DNA of 57,613 bases, filler included, from Callorhinchus milii (taxonomy: Eukaryota): the NCBI RefSeq assembly GCF_018977255.1. It is 2 parts of 2 records of this genome, joined end to end, with 100 filler letters (N's around TTAATTAATTAA, not from the genome) between each part and the next. Parts side by side here need not be neighbours in the genome. Positions count along the whole stretch, not along the records: positions 1 to 28,768 come from NW_024705665.1; 1 more part is not named here. One strand, given 5' to 3'. The position numbers and the translations under genes are program-made. The notes beneath the pieces were generated by a model. That model saw only the letters and a program-made list of their open reading frames with translations, was not told the origin of the DNA and searched no databases. Positions 1 through 28,768 of this stretch are shown here, one piece after another (within the stretch, counting starts at the first letter, position 1; every line of letters starts with the position of its first letter).

Positions 1-492
1 CCAGCCCCACCCCAGGGTTACCCAGCCACACCCCCAGGGTTACCCAGCCACACCCCCAGGGTTACTCAGCCCCACCCCCAGGGTTACCCGGCCCTGCCCC
101 CAGGGTTACCAAGCCCCACCCCCAGGGTTACCCAGCCTCACCCCCAGGGTTACCCGGCCCCACCCCAGGGTTACCACCCAGGGTTACAGCCCCCACCCAG
201 GGTTTACCAGCCACCCCCAGGGTTACCCAGCCCCACCCCAGGGTTACCCAGCCCCACCCCAGGGTTACCAGCCCCACCCCAGGGTTACCCAGCCCCACCC
301 CCAGGGTTACCAAGCGCACCCCCAGGGTTACCCAGCCCCACCCCAGGGTTACCCGCCCACCCCCAGGGTTACCAGCCCACCCCCAGGGTTACCCAGCCCC
401 AACCCAGGGTTACCCAGCCCACCCGGGATTACCCAGCCCCCACCCCCAGGGTTACCCAGCCCCACCCCCAGGGTTACCCAGCCCCACCCCCA
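1..492. repeat. About 22-bp C-rich minisatellite (cccagccccacccccagggtta)n
   Basis: Direct tandem periodicity, about 22 copies, runs off the window start. Confidence 0.95.
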
Positions 493-571
493 GACACATC
501 TCCAGGAGATGATCAGACCAGAAGTCACCAATTCCTGGCCATTGACAGGTCAGGTTTCCGCTCGGTTTGTG

Positions 572-692
572 TTTGAGCTCTGTCCTGTGTGTGATGGGTA
601 GACGGCGGGGTCGGGCGAGGATGGCGGATGGTGACGGGGTGCGGAGCCCGGCGCGGGAGAGGACACGGGCTGCAGAGTTCCGGATGATCTGC
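572..692 (-). mobile_element. L2-type LINE ORF2 fragment
   Basis: Reverse complement aligns to the L2-like fragment at about 23550-23670. Confidence 0.55.
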
Positions 693-741
693 GGCCTACG
701 GAGAAATAAATGGGTTTTCCTCGCAAAATCTTTTGACTATA

Positions 742-747
742 TTTATT
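742..747 (-). terminator. Putative polyadenylation signal of gene A
   Basis: AATAAA on the minus strand about 70 bp after the stop. Confidence 0.55.
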
Positions 748-817
748 TCCTGTTACATACATTTTTGGAATAGATGTAAAACATTCATTCTGTTAAATCA
801 TTTTCTCTTGTATATTG

Positions 818-4598
<3,781 letters not shown>

Positions 4599-4674
4599 CT
4601 CCCTCCTCGCTCGTCCACCTCCTCCTTCGCTGGTTTGCGACTTGCGCTAAAACCCGACCCCCGTGGGCATGTGC

Positions 4675-4771
4675 TATTTATAGCCCCCAACAGTGGTGGG
4701 GGGGGGGGGGGGCGACGTGGTCCAGCATCCGATGGTCATCATAAACTGCCCCACCCCCGTTGCTGGGAGAC
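4675..4771 (-). promoter_or_regulatory. Gene A core promoter: TATA box (4682-4675) and RFX X-box-like motif (4759-4771)
   Basis: TATAAATA on the minus strand; GTCTCCCAGCAAC resembles the X-box consensus GTNRCC-N0-3-RGYAAC. Confidence 0.6.
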
Positions 4772-5374
4772 TGAACCCCCAATTAAAAAAGGCCACAAAG
4801 TGGGGGAAAAGGGGGTACACAATTTTAACCCCCACCATCTCCCCCCAAACCCCCCCCCCAAAAAAAATTAAAAAATATTGCCTTATCCCCCAAAACCTTC
4901 ACCGCCTTTGAACGTCTTGGACTCCCGTTTATCTGTGGGGACAACGTGGACCCCAATCGATTATAGATTTTATTCAGTAGTAATCAATAATAATTAATGA
5001 TACTACTCCGGGGATGGGGGGGGGGGGGGAGGTGGGGGGGGGGTCCGGGGGGGCTCCGCGCGCCGCGAAGTGAATTAAATGACAGTAATAACCTCTTCGA
5101 GATTGTCTTCGAGAACGTCGCAAAGCAAAGCGCTTCGCGGGGCACTTAATCCAACAGTAATATGCAATGATAATTAATAATAATAATAATAATAATAACA
5201 CTTGGGCCGTCCAGACGTCTCCGTGCGCCGCCGCACAGTGAATTAAGTAATAATAGTAATAACCCTTCCGGGCGATGCACCGTTCGCGTGCGATTTGATT
5301 GTGTGGGTAGAAAAAAATCCTCGCTGTGCGGCCCTCATCGACCCAGTTGACGCTCGTCTCTCTCTGTCGAGCCT

Positions 5375-5520
5375 TCGAGACGTCTCGAAGCGCTTCACAG
5401 GATATGCAGTCAAGTGTGTGATTTTTGTGGGCTAAGGTCTCGCCCGGCCCTGCCCCGCCCGGGAATCAAACCCGGGTCCTCTCACTTGCGAGGCGAGGGG
5501 TCTAACCCCTGAGCTACAGG
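5375..5520 (-). mobile_element. Truncated tRNA-derived SINE abutting the 44-bp array
   Basis: Minus strand reads tagctcaggggttagaccc...gggtttgattccc (A and B boxes). Confidence 0.6.
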
Positions 5521-6260
5521 GGCTGTGGCGGTGTGAGGGGAGGGGTCTAACCCCTGAGCTACAGGGGCTGTGGGGTGCGAGGCGGAGGGGTCTAACCCCT
5601 GAGCTACAGGGGGAGTGGGGTGCGAGGGGAGGGGTCTAACCCCTGAGCTACAGGGGGTGTGGGGTGCGAGGGGAGGGGTCTAACCCCTGAGCTAAGGGGC
5701 TGTGGGGTGCGAGGGGGGGGGGGTCTAACCCCTGAGCTACAGGGGCTGTGGGGTGTGAGGCGAGGGGTCTAACCCCTGAGCTACAGGGACTGTGGGGTGC
5801 GAGGGGAGGGGTCTAACCCCTGAGCTACAGGGGCTGTGGGGTGCGAGGGGAGGGGTCTAACCCCTGAGCTACAGGGGCTGTGGGGTGGAGGGAGGGGTCT
5901 AACCCTGAGCTACAGGGCTGTGGGGTGGGGGGAGGGTCTAACCCCTGAGCTACAGGGCTGTGGGGTGTGAGGCGAGGGTCTAACCCCTGAGCTACAGGGG
6001 CTGTGGGTGCGAGGGGGGGTCTAACCCCTGAGCTACAGGGGCTGTGGGGTGCGAGGGGAGGGGTCTAACCCCTGAGCTACAGGGGCTGTGGGGTGTGAGG
6101 CGAGGGGTCTAACCCCTGAGCTACAGGGGCTGTGGGGTGCGAGGGGAGGGGTCTAACCCCTGAGCTACAGGGGCTGTGGGGTGCGAGGGAGGAGGGGTCT
6201 AACCCCTGAGCTACAGGGGGAGTGGGGTGCGAGGGGAGGGGTCTAACCCCTGAACTGCAG
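5495..6260 (-). repeat. About 44-bp minisatellite derived from the SINE tRNA head
   Basis: Unit gggtctaacccctgagctacaggggctgtggggtgcgagggga, about 17 copies. Confidence 0.92.
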
Positions 6261-6699
6261 AACAACACCAAGTTAGCATGTGTTTCCTTGCGTGTCAGAC
6301 GCCCGGCCGGTCACGGTGACGGGTTTCCGTGTGTGTCAGACACCGGTTGACCAAAAAGAAAAAGCGATATCAACAACAAAAAAAGCCTTATCCAACTGTT
6401 ATGATTTTGGGTTCGTTCCTCGGGTTGAAATCGTTTCTACCACCACATTGAGTGAGTGTCCTGAATATTTCTGCCCTGAATCCCCTCAAGAAAAAGAAAC
6501 AATAATAGATTGGCTGCCGCACTTCGCCCACAAAACGCACAGTCACTACAATTTACAGCGCATCCATCGAGACGTCTCGATGATGTGATCAGGCGCCGGG
6601 TCAAATGCCGGGATTATTATTATTATTATTATTAAATGCCTGACTCATCTCTTTAGAAATGGCTTTGACTAAGTTCACACCATAAGTTGAACATGTCTG

Positions 6700-7062
6700 T
6701 CAATCAATTTATTGATGGCGATTGAATATATCAATAGATTTATTGATGACGATTGAATATATCAATAGATTTATTGGTTACGATTGACCGCGTCAATAGA
6801 TTTATTGGTTATGATTGGACAGGTCAATAGATTTATTGGTTATGATTGGACAGGTCAATAGATTTATTGGTTACGATTGAATATATCAATAGATTTATTG
6901 GTTACGATTGACCGCATCAATAGATTTATTGGTTATGATTGGACAGGTCAATAGATTTATTGGTTATGATTGAACAGGTCAATAGATTTATTGGTTACGA
7001 TTGAACACATCAATAGATTTATTGGTTATGATTGAACAGGTCAATAGATTTATTGGTTATGT
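6700..7062. repeat. 31-bp AT-rich minisatellite (tcaatagatttattggttatgattggacagg)n
   Basis: Period 31 (6793 to 6824), about 11 copies. Confidence 0.9.
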
Positions 7063-7816
7063 ATTGATGAGGTTGGGTTGGGAATTGAAGTGGGATTGTG
7101 TTGGGGTGTGGTTTGGGGGTAAAAAGTTTTGTCACAATTGGGGCTCTCACTGATAGGCCGATTGCACTGATTGGCTCCTCCCTCATGTGAAGGGATAATA
7201 ATAATAATAATAATAATTATAATTATAATAATTATAATAATAAGGTAAATCGGAAAAAAGCCTCATTTTAACCCAATAGTTGATAATAATTCTTGCATTT
7301 GACGAAACACCTCAAAGCGCTTCACACGATACGCTGTAAAGTGTAGTGACTGGTTGTTTTGTGCACAAAACGCAGCGGCCAATTGTGCCCAGCGACGTCC
7401 CCACACAAACAGCTGACGGCATAGTCACAAAGGAGGGTCTTCAAGTCGTTCCGTGAAGGAGAGGGAGAGAGGGGAAGGGAATGTGGGATGGGGTGGGGGG
7501 GTGGGGGGGGGGAGTTGAGCCTTGAGATGACGACTGCGTCAAGTTTCCTCACAAACAAGTTGGGTTTGGATTCCCTTAAGCAACGGTGATGGGTTTCTGT
7601 ATATGTCAATAGATTTATTGATTAGGATTGATCAGGTCAATTGATTTATTGGTTATGTATTGATGAGGTTACGTTGGGAACTGAAGTGGGATTGTATTGG
7701 GTTGGGGGTTGGGGGTAAAAATCCTTGTGACAATTGGGGCTCTCACTGCTAGGCCGATTACACCAATTGGTTCCCCCTTCATGTGAAGGCATAATAATAA
7801 TAATAATAATAATAAT

Positions 7817-7881
<65 letters not shown>

Positions 7882-8596
7882 GGTAAATTGGGAAAAAATC
7901 AACACAAGTTTTGTTTTAACCCAATAGGCGGTAACTCACATCATCCAACACTCAACAGAAGGACCACTTTGTCACTTAGCATCTTTGTTCAGTCGCCCGG
8001 CAACCGGAGGTGGGGGGGGGAGGTGGGCGGAGGGGGTAAGGGGTGGGGGGTAAGGACAGGGCCAGGACTTTGAAATAAATTTGGATTTGATGATCATTTC
8101 ACTTTGACAACCAATCCAATGGCTCTTCTGAGTCCTGAATGGACCTGGTCTGACTTTCATGAAAGAACGAATGAACGAATGAATGATGATATTGATAAAT
8201 AATTCATTAGAATAATCCCGTGACGATTACTCGAATGATTATTGTTATTATTACCTTCGCTCTGCCTCAGTTGAGCAAAATATACAGTCAAATTCACTTC
8301 ACAATATATTCTGTGAAGCGCTTTGAGACGTCTTGAAGACAATTGGTCTTTAAACAGCCCCCACCCCCGCATTACGCGTCCCAAAGTTCAGCCTTTCCAC
8401 CCTAATCCCTGGGTCAAACGCCCGGATTGTTATTGTCAAATTAAATTATTGTACCGTCTTCAACCCGCAGGAAGGACTTCCGTAGCTGAATAACTTTGTT
8501 CGCCCACAAATATACAGTCGATTCACTTTACAGTGTGTTCTGTGAAGCGCTTTGGGACGTCCTCCCAACGTGAAAAGCGCTGTATCAGATGCAAGG

Positions 8597-8627
<31 letters not shown>

Positions 8628-8659
8628 TCCTCGTGTAAAATATATACGGCAGAGTTTGC

Positions 8660-8880
8660 CTCACGAGCGGGCGTCTGAGAAGTCCCCTTCCTCCAGCCCC
8701 TCACCCACATACGAAGGCTCGCTTGACATACATCTGGTCAAACGTGAGGTCCGAGTGTGTCCAGGCCTCTCCAATGGCCGTCGTGTTGGACAGTACGCTG
8801 GACCTTGGCCAGTCACCTCCCTGCAACACGGTTGGAGGCTGGAAGCTGATGCCCACCTTTTGGGAAGGATAGGAAAGGCC
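8660..8880 (-). pseudogene. Decayed orphan alpha-tubulin exon 5 with its splice acceptor
   Basis: [15 protein letters not shown]...[11 protein letters not shown]...[10 protein letters not shown] and [15 protein letters not shown] in different frames (deletions/frameshifts); acceptor ttcccaaaAG precedes 8856; no other exons nearby. Confidence 0.85.
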
Positions 8881-9377
8881 AATGGGAAGTTTCCAGCCGG
8901 TCAGACTCCAGCAGTGACCCCAACACACACTATGGGATCCCCCCACAAACCTCGTCTCATGGAATTATTACCCCCTGGAAAAACGATGTGCCAATCCACT
9001 AACAACCGGGGTGAGTGACCAAATTATAATTTTTTTCCGTTGCAAAACGTTGGGCAAGTTTCTTTACTCCACACCCACCCACCCGCCCACCCACCTCTGT
9101 TTGCCGAGCAGTAAGTAGGATCCCGGTTGTTAGTCGATGGACTTTCCGTAGGTAATAATCCGTCAAAAAAAAGAAATAATTTGGTCACTCAATCCATGAC
9201 TGTTTGTGGGACAGAGATTTGAGACATCGTCTCCAAGACGTGGTAAGGAGCGATGTTCAATGCAAGGATTATTATTATTATGATTAAAGCAATGATAATA
9301 AAGTTGTCTTCAGCAACTGCACCCTCCCCGAAACTCTGGCACTCTCGCAAGGATAATCAAGGATTATTTACGCCTGA

Positions 9378-9707
9378 TAATAATAATAATAATAATAATA
9401 ATCCTCGCATTTGATATAGCGCTTTTCACGTCGGGAGGACGTCCCAAAGCGCTTCACAGAATATACTGTAAAGTGAATTGACTGTATATTTGTGGGCGAA
9501 CGCGGCGGCCAATTGCGCACAGCAATGTCCCACAAACAGTCGTAGATTGAAAATGACCAATTTATTATTGTTTTTGGTTTTGGAGGGATTATTATTAGGC
9601 TCTGTGTGGAGTAAGGAAACTTGCCCGAGGTTTCGCCCTCTGCCTGGGATTGACCTCAGGTCTCTCGCTCGCAAAGCGAGTGCTCTAACCACTGAGCTAC
9701 AGGACTC
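9378..9707 (-). mobile_element. Near full-length tRNA-derived SINE (DeuSINE/SacSINE-like 3' part, (TTA)n tail)
   Basis: gagtcctgtagctcagtggttagagcactcgc head, gtgggacattgctgtgcgcaattggccgccgcgtt segment, gtgaagcgctttgggacgtcc...aaagcgctatatcaaatgc tail then (TTA)n. Confidence 0.8.
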
Positions 9708-9859
9708 CGAGTCACGTCGTTGAGACGACTCAAAGCGATTCGCAGGAAGTATTGCAACGATGGATTCACCGGGAGATTTGTGAGTCAAACATTTGTAAGT
9801 ATTTAAATAATTTTATATTGTATCGACAAAAATATTTTTGCTTGAAGCCCGAACACTAA

Positions 9860-10145
9860 GCCCTAACCCCGAATCTAACTCAAGCCCCCAAGTCCTATCC
9901 CTAACCCCTAACACGAACCATAACCCCTAACCCTAACACCTAACCCTAAATCTAACCCTAGCTGCCAATCCTATCCCTAACCCCTAACCCTAACCCTAAC
10001 CCCTAACCCTAACACCTAACCCTAAATCTAACCCTAGCCGCCAATCCTATCCCTAACCCCGAACCCTAACCCCTAACCCTAAATCTAACCCTAGCCCCCA
10101 ATCCTATCCCGAACCTCTAACCCTAACCCCTAACCCTAACCCTAG
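9860..10145. repeat. Degenerate telomere-like (TAACCC)n interstitial array
   Basis: Many cctaac/ccctaa units with variants. Confidence 0.85.
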
Positions 10146-10474
10146 AACGAGAGGTGCTACAGCGCTGAGCCAGGTTGACACCGGGTGCAGCAAGAATTAG
10201 GGTGTCACGGATGAAGATTTTATGGGGTGAGGGTCTCCGCGATAGTGGGGTTCGGAATTAGTGTCAGCGTTGGGGGGAGGGGGTGGGGGGGGTGCGCTTG
10301 GATCAACCTCTCGGGTAACTAAGGGTTACCAGGTAAACAATAAACATCCACGTTCAGTTCCAAAGCATTTTCGTCGAAATTCCTAACAACAAAGACATTT
10401 GGAGTCCCACCAACAATGAGGAACGTGTGCACGTGAGATGTCTCAAAGACGCGACAAGGCGCCATATAATCATA

Positions 10475-10865
10475 GTAGTAATCCTTGCATTTGATACCGA
10501 GCCTTATCACGTCTCCGAGACATCTCAAAGCCCTTCACTGGATGCATTGTCAAGCGTAGTGACTGTGCATCTTGCGGGCGAAACGCGGCAGCCAATTGCG
10601 CCCAGCGACGTCCCCACAAACAGCCGTGGATTGCGGGACCATATTTTTAGTATCTTTTTGAAGAGATTATGACCCCCGGAAAAGAGATTCCCCCAATCGA
10701 CTAATAAGCGGGTTCCTAATTACTGTTGGGTAACCAGAGGCGTTGTGCGCGTATGTGTGTGGAGTATGGAAACTTGGCCAATGTTTCGCCCCGACCGCCC
10801 GGGAATCGAACCCCAGTCTCTCGCCTGCGAGGCGAGGGCTCTAACCACTGAGCTTCAGGACTGCC
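10475..10865 (-). mobile_element. tRNA-derived SINE copy
   Basis: Same head and tail modules as 9378-9707. Confidence 0.7.
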
Positions 10866-11159
10866 CAGGACTTATACATCAAATGCAAGGATTGTTAATA
10901 TTATTATTATTACGTATTCAAGCGCTCTGAGTCGCTATCTTGCGCGAGAGGCGCTACACCAGTCGTTATTTATAATCGCTTGCGAGGCGAGCACGCTAAC
11001 CACTATGCCACGGGATTTAGGAGTTAGATAGCGGGGAGAGAGGGAGGGGGTCTTATCGATAAGTGGGGGGGGGGGGTCAGTGTTGGGAATTCTCTCTGGT
11101 TATTCCATTGACGGAGCTCGGCAGCCAGCAATCCACTTTGGAGCGCGGGTTATGTTCTG

Positions 11160-11238
11160 GTCTTCTGACAACAGAGAGGGTGGAATCCAGCGTCACAATG
11201 GGGAACCTGCGGAGGTTGTCAGGCTCTGGGTATAAATA
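11160..11238 (+). promoter_or_regulatory. Gene B core promoter: TATA box 11231-11238, weak X-box-like motifs at 11160-11172 and 11192-11206
   Basis: gggTATAAATAgc; GTCTTCTGACAAC and GTCACAATGGGGAAC. Confidence 0.55.
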
Positions 11239-11307
11239 GCGGCTTCAAACCCCACCCCGCCCACACACCCGTCGCAGAGGTAGACAGAAGGAAGGAAGAG
11301 AGAGAGA

Positions 11308-11835
11308 GACTCAAGACTCAAGACACCAAACTCAAGACTCAAGACTCAAGACACAAGACTCAAGACACAAGACTCAAGACTCAAGACTCAAGACTCAAGA
11401 CTCAAGACTCAAGACTCAAGACTCAAGACTCAAGACTCAAGACACAAGACACAAGACTCAAGACACAGGACTCAAGACTCAAGACACAAGACTCAAGACT
11501 GAAGACTGAAGACTCAAGACTCAAGACTCAAGACTCAAGACTCAAGACTCAAGACTCAAGACTCAAGACTCAAGACTCAAGACTCAAGACTCAAGACTCA
11601 AGACTCAAGACACAAGACACAAGACTCAAGACTCAAGACACAAGACTCAAGACTCAAGACACAAGACACAAGACACAAGACACAAGACTCAAGACTCAAG
11701 ACTCAAGACTCAAGACTCAAGACTCAAGACTCAAGACTCAACTCTCAAGACTCAACTCTCAAGACTCAACTCTCAAGACTCAAGACTCAAGACACAAGAC
11801 ACAAGACACAAGACACAAGGCACAAGGCACAAGAC
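11308..11835 (+). repeat. 7-bp tandem repeat (ACTCAAG / ACACAAG)n between the TATA box and ATG of gene B
   Basis: About 75 heptamer units. Confidence 0.95.
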
Positions 11836-11842
11836 AGACGAC

Positions 11843-17356
<5,514 letters not shown>

Positions 17357-17509
17357 AGGGGAGTAACTTATTTCTAAGAGAAATATACATGTATCGTAAG
17401 CTTGTCACTGTTTATTTTATCGTTGGTCTTCCATGCAATGTTTTTTTTTGACTAATAAATATATATTTTCAATTATTTTTGGTGGTTCTTTATTTTATGA
17501 GCGTGCATC

Positions 17510-17692
17510 GTAGAATCATCGAATCGTACAGCACAGAGGAAGGAGGCCATTCGTCCCATCGTGCCTGTGGTGACGGCTGTTTGGAAGAGCTACCAACTAG
17601 TCCCCACTCCCCCCGCTCTTTCCCCATATCCTTGCAATTTTTTTCCTCTTCAAGTCCCCTATCCAATTCCCTTTGGAAAGTTCCTCTCGAAT
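17510..17692 (-). mobile_element. CR1-type LINE 3' end
   Basis: Plus strand tacagcacagaggaaggaggccattcgtcccatc is the reverse complement of the CR1-like terminus. Confidence 0.65.
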
Positions 17693-18389
17693 CGGACCGT
17701 AACAACTCTCTGTTAAAAAAAAAAGAGATGTCTCCTCACAAAATACTGAGAGGCGAAGGTGAGACAACTCGCGACCCGGGTGAGACACTTCACCCACGTT
17801 GAACTGAAGACATTCCTGCCTTTGCCAATCTCAGTCAGCGCAGAGAAAGTCCCAATAATTCCGACAATCTTTGCAGGATTATCCCAAAGGATTATTAATC
17901 GGTCTAATAATTTAACGAATCATCCTTATTCCAAGGGAATCAGGAAAGACGAGGTATATCCAGGGGTCAAAAGACCCATCGGCCGGCCGGTTGTTAAAGT
18001 GAAACGGTTGAGAAATGATCGCTAAATCCACATTTATTTTAAAGTCCTGCCCCCTGCCCCAACCCCAACCGCCCCCCCACCCAACCCCCGCCCCCCACTT
18101 CCACGTTGCTGGGCGACTGAACAAAGATGCTAAGTGACAAAGTGGTCCTTGTTGTTGAGTGTTGGATGATGTAAGTTACCAACTATTGGGTTAAAACCAG
18201 GCTTGCGTCGTTTTCCCCCCCCCCCCCCCCCCCAATTTACCCACTATTCCCCCCAACCCACTGCCTGTCCAACGTGACTTCGGTTCCCAACGCAACTTCG
18301 CTCAAGGGCGTCATCAATAAATCAAATGGCCGCGTTCGTTCTGCGTCACTGAATCAGTTGACGCGACAATAATTGTCCGTGCGACAGAC

Positions 18390-18765
18390 ACGGCGCCTCA
18401 CCGCGTCTTCGAGAGGTCTCAAAGCGCTTCATGAGACGGACTGTGACGCGAATTAACTGTACATTGCGGGCGAAACGCGGCGGCCAATTGCGCACAGCAA
18501 CGTCCCACAAACGCTCGTGGATTGAGTGACCGAATTATTACTATTTTTGGGGGGGAGATGGGATTACTAACCCTGGAAAAGCCATCCGCAAATCGACTTA
18601 ACTTATCGCTAGGTAAACACAGGGTGTGCGTGTGCGCGCGGAGCGGCGTCAGGAAACCTGCCCGACGTTCGTTTCACCCCGACCCGCCCGGGAATCGAAC
18701 CCAGGTTCCTCTCTCTCCCGCTTGCGAGGCGAGAGCTCGAACCGCCGCGCCGCAGGACTCCCTCC
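18390..18765 (-). mobile_element. Diverged tRNA-derived SINE copy
   Basis: ggcgaaacgcggcggccaattgcgcacagcaacgtcccacaaac core; head at about 18690-18760. Confidence 0.65.
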
Positions 18766-19142
18766 GGCGCGGAACGATTCGGTCACTCGACCCACCACGC
18801 ACGGCGCGTGGGGCAAAGGTTTCGCCCTCGAGACATACGTACGTACGCTTTACGGTGCGTTCCGCGAGGCGCTTGGAGACGTCTCGCTGACGTCGATCGG
18901 AGGCAAGAATTATTATTATTATTATTATTATTATTTATTAGGATTCATTTGGAAATTGTGCCCATTAATAAATGGATCAGCCGGGATGAGGAACCCTGGA
19001 AACCTCTGGGAAAGGTCTGAGGTGACCAAGTGTGCCGACAACCCAAGGGATGATGAGGCCAATTGGGACCTCTTGTCCCTCAGTGAGAAACATGTCCCGA
19101 GTCAGTCACTTTGTGACAAATGTTTGTCCATTTGTTCCTGGA

Positions 19143-19204
19143 GTCTCCGGGCAACCGCATCTGTGATGGTTTCAGGAGATGCGGTGAAAGTGGGGCTATA
19201 AATA
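19143..19204 (+). promoter_or_regulatory. Gene C core promoter: X-box-like motif 19143-19155 and TATA box 19197-19204
   Basis: GTCTCCGGGCAAC; ggggcTATAAATAg. Confidence 0.6.
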
Positions 19205-19283
19205 GGGGGTTCCGACACCCCCTAAACCCTCAGGTTCCTTTGCATCCAGGAGGTCGCAAAGCCCAGGAGATCCAAGCGAGGAG

Positions 19284-24277
<4,994 letters not shown>

Positions 24278-24761
24278 CGAGGGCACCGGAAAAAAAAACA
24301 AAAAGTCGCTCGTTCGTGGTGTCTTTTCTTCGCCCGTATATTGCGAGATGTGCACTGAATAGAATAAATATATTTAGAGTTCGGACGCGGACTGCAAATA
24401 TGTGCGACGTCCTCTACCCCTATCCCGTTAGCTCCAGGGGTTAGACCCCTCACCTCGCCCAAGGTCCGACCTTAGGCAAGTTTCCTTACATACAGTCTCA
24501 CAGACACAAACACACGCAGACACACGCACAGACACATACATGTTTATCCAGCAGTAAGTAGGAACCCAGCAGCCTGTTGCGCACAGCAGTGTCCCCGCAA
24601 ACGGTCGTTGATTGCTCGACCAAATTATTACTTTTCTTAAGGGATTATTACCTGTGGAAAAGCGATCCGCCAATCGCCTAAGAACCGGGTTCCCACAGGT
24701 AAACAGAGGCCTGTGGAGTAAACGCTAATAATAATCCTGGCATTTGATACAGCGCCTCATC

Positions 24762-25086
24762 ATCATAATAATAATAATAATAATAATAATAATCCTGGCA
24801 TTTGATATAGCGCTTTTCACGTCGGGAGGACGTCCCAAAGCGCTTCACAGAACACACTGTAAAGTGAATTGACTGTATATTTGTGGGCGAACGCGGCAGC
24901 CAATGGCACACAGCAATGTCCCACAAACAGTCGTGGATTGAAAATGACCAATTTATTATTGTTTCGGTTTTTTTTGGAGGGATTATTATTAGGCCCTGTG
25001 TGGGGTAAGGAAACTTGCCCGAGGTTTCGCCCTCTGCCTGGAATTGAACTCAGGTCTCTCACTTGAACCACTGAGCTACAGGACTC
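24762..25086 (-). mobile_element. tRNA-derived SINE copy (small deletion in head)
   Basis: Near-identical to 9378-9707. Confidence 0.8.
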
Positions 25087-25284
25087 CCCATCATGTCTCA
25101 AAGAGCTTCACAGGACACACTGTAAAGCATTATTATTATATATCACAGGCTGAGAGTGTGGACACCGATGGTGGGGTGGGGAGCACGAGGGACAAACTGG
25201 CTGAAGCCAGTCCGAGCGGAGACAGCGGTTAGTGGAGTGGGGGGGGAGGGGGGCATGGGGTATGGTTTCAAAATTGGGTTGGGG

Positions 25285-26272
25285 TCTCAGTATTGGGGGG
25301 GTCAGTATTGGGGGGAATCAGTATTGGGGGAGGTATCAGTATTGGGGGGATCAGTATTGGGGGAGGTGTCAGTATTGGGGGAGAGGTCAGTATTGGGGAG
25401 TGGGTTCGGTATTGGGGAAGGGGTCAGTATGGTGGGGTGGGGTCGTCATTGGATAGGGGTCAGTATTGGGGGTAGGGATCAGTATTTGGGGTGGGGTCAG
25501 TATTGGGAGAGATGTAAGTATTGGGGGAAGGGTCAGTATTGGAGGGTGGGGGTCAGTATTGGGGAGGGGTCAGTATTGGGGGAAGGGGTCAGTATTGGAG
25601 GGTGGGGGTCAATATTGGGGAGGGGTCAGCATTGGTGAGGGGGTCAGTATTGGGGAGGGGTCAGTATTGGGGAGGGGGTCAGTATTGGGGAGGGGTCAGT
25701 ATTGGGGAAAGGGGTCAGTATTGGAGGGTGGGAGTCAATATTGGGGAGGGATCAGTATTGGGGAGGGGTCAGTATTGGGGGTAGGAGTCAGTATTGGGGG
25801 TAGGAGTCAGTATTGGAGGGTGGGGGTCAGTATTGGGGAGGGGTCAGTATTGGGGGGAGGGGTCAGTATTGGGGGAAGGGGTCAGTATTGGAGGGGTCAG
25901 TATTGGGGAGGGGGTCAGTATTGGGGAAGGGGTCAGTATTGGGGGTAGGAGTCAGTATTGGGGGGGAAGGGGTCAGTATTGGGGGTAGGAGTCAGTATTG
26001 GGGGAAGGGGTCAGTATTGGGGGTAGGAATCAGTATTGGGGGGGAAGGGGTCAATATTGGGGGTAGGAGTCAGTATTGGAGGGTAGGGGGTCAGTATTGG
26101 GGAGGGGTCAGTATTGGGGGTAGGAGTCAGTATTGGGGGGGAAGGGGTCAGTATTGGGGTAGGAGTCAGTATTGGGGGGAAGGGGTCAGTATTGGGGGTG
26201 GGGTCAGTATTGGGGGTAGGAATCAGTATTGGGGGGGAAGGGGTCAGTATTGGGGCGAGGAGTCAGTATTGG
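25285..26272. repeat. G-rich 18-21-bp minisatellite (ggggtcagtattggggga..)n
   Basis: About 50 copies of the cagtattggg core. Confidence 0.93.
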
Positions 26273-26304
26273 GGTTTGAGGGGATGGGATGGTACCTCAA
26301 TGCA

Positions 26305-26390
26305 GGACTTCCGGGTTGGGTTGCGTCGTCCTGGCAACCAGGAGGCGTGTTTCCAATGGACCAATGAGCGTTGGGCTTTATTTGAACCTC
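26305..26390 (+). promoter_or_regulatory. Gene D promoter: ETS-like ACTTCCGG, X-box-like 26325-26338, two CCAAT boxes (26353, 26361)
   Basis: GTCGTCCTGGCAAC; CCAATggaCCAAT; 80-135 bp upstream of the ATG exon. Confidence 0.5.
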
Positions 26391-26442
26391 GCGTTGGCGG
26401 GTGGATTTGAACCATTCTCTCTGGAGACACAGACGAAGCAAG

Positions 26443-28727
<2,285 letters not shown>

Positions 28728-28768
28728 TGAGGGAGAGAGGAGGGGGGGCAAGGCGGAGGGTTTGAGGG

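Noticed and set aside
620..646. gcggatggtgacggggtgcgga as the source of the 17-bp satellite; GTCAGACA core shared with the 41-bp minisatellite
   Set aside because: Matches are too short (16/22 and 8 bp) to exclude chance
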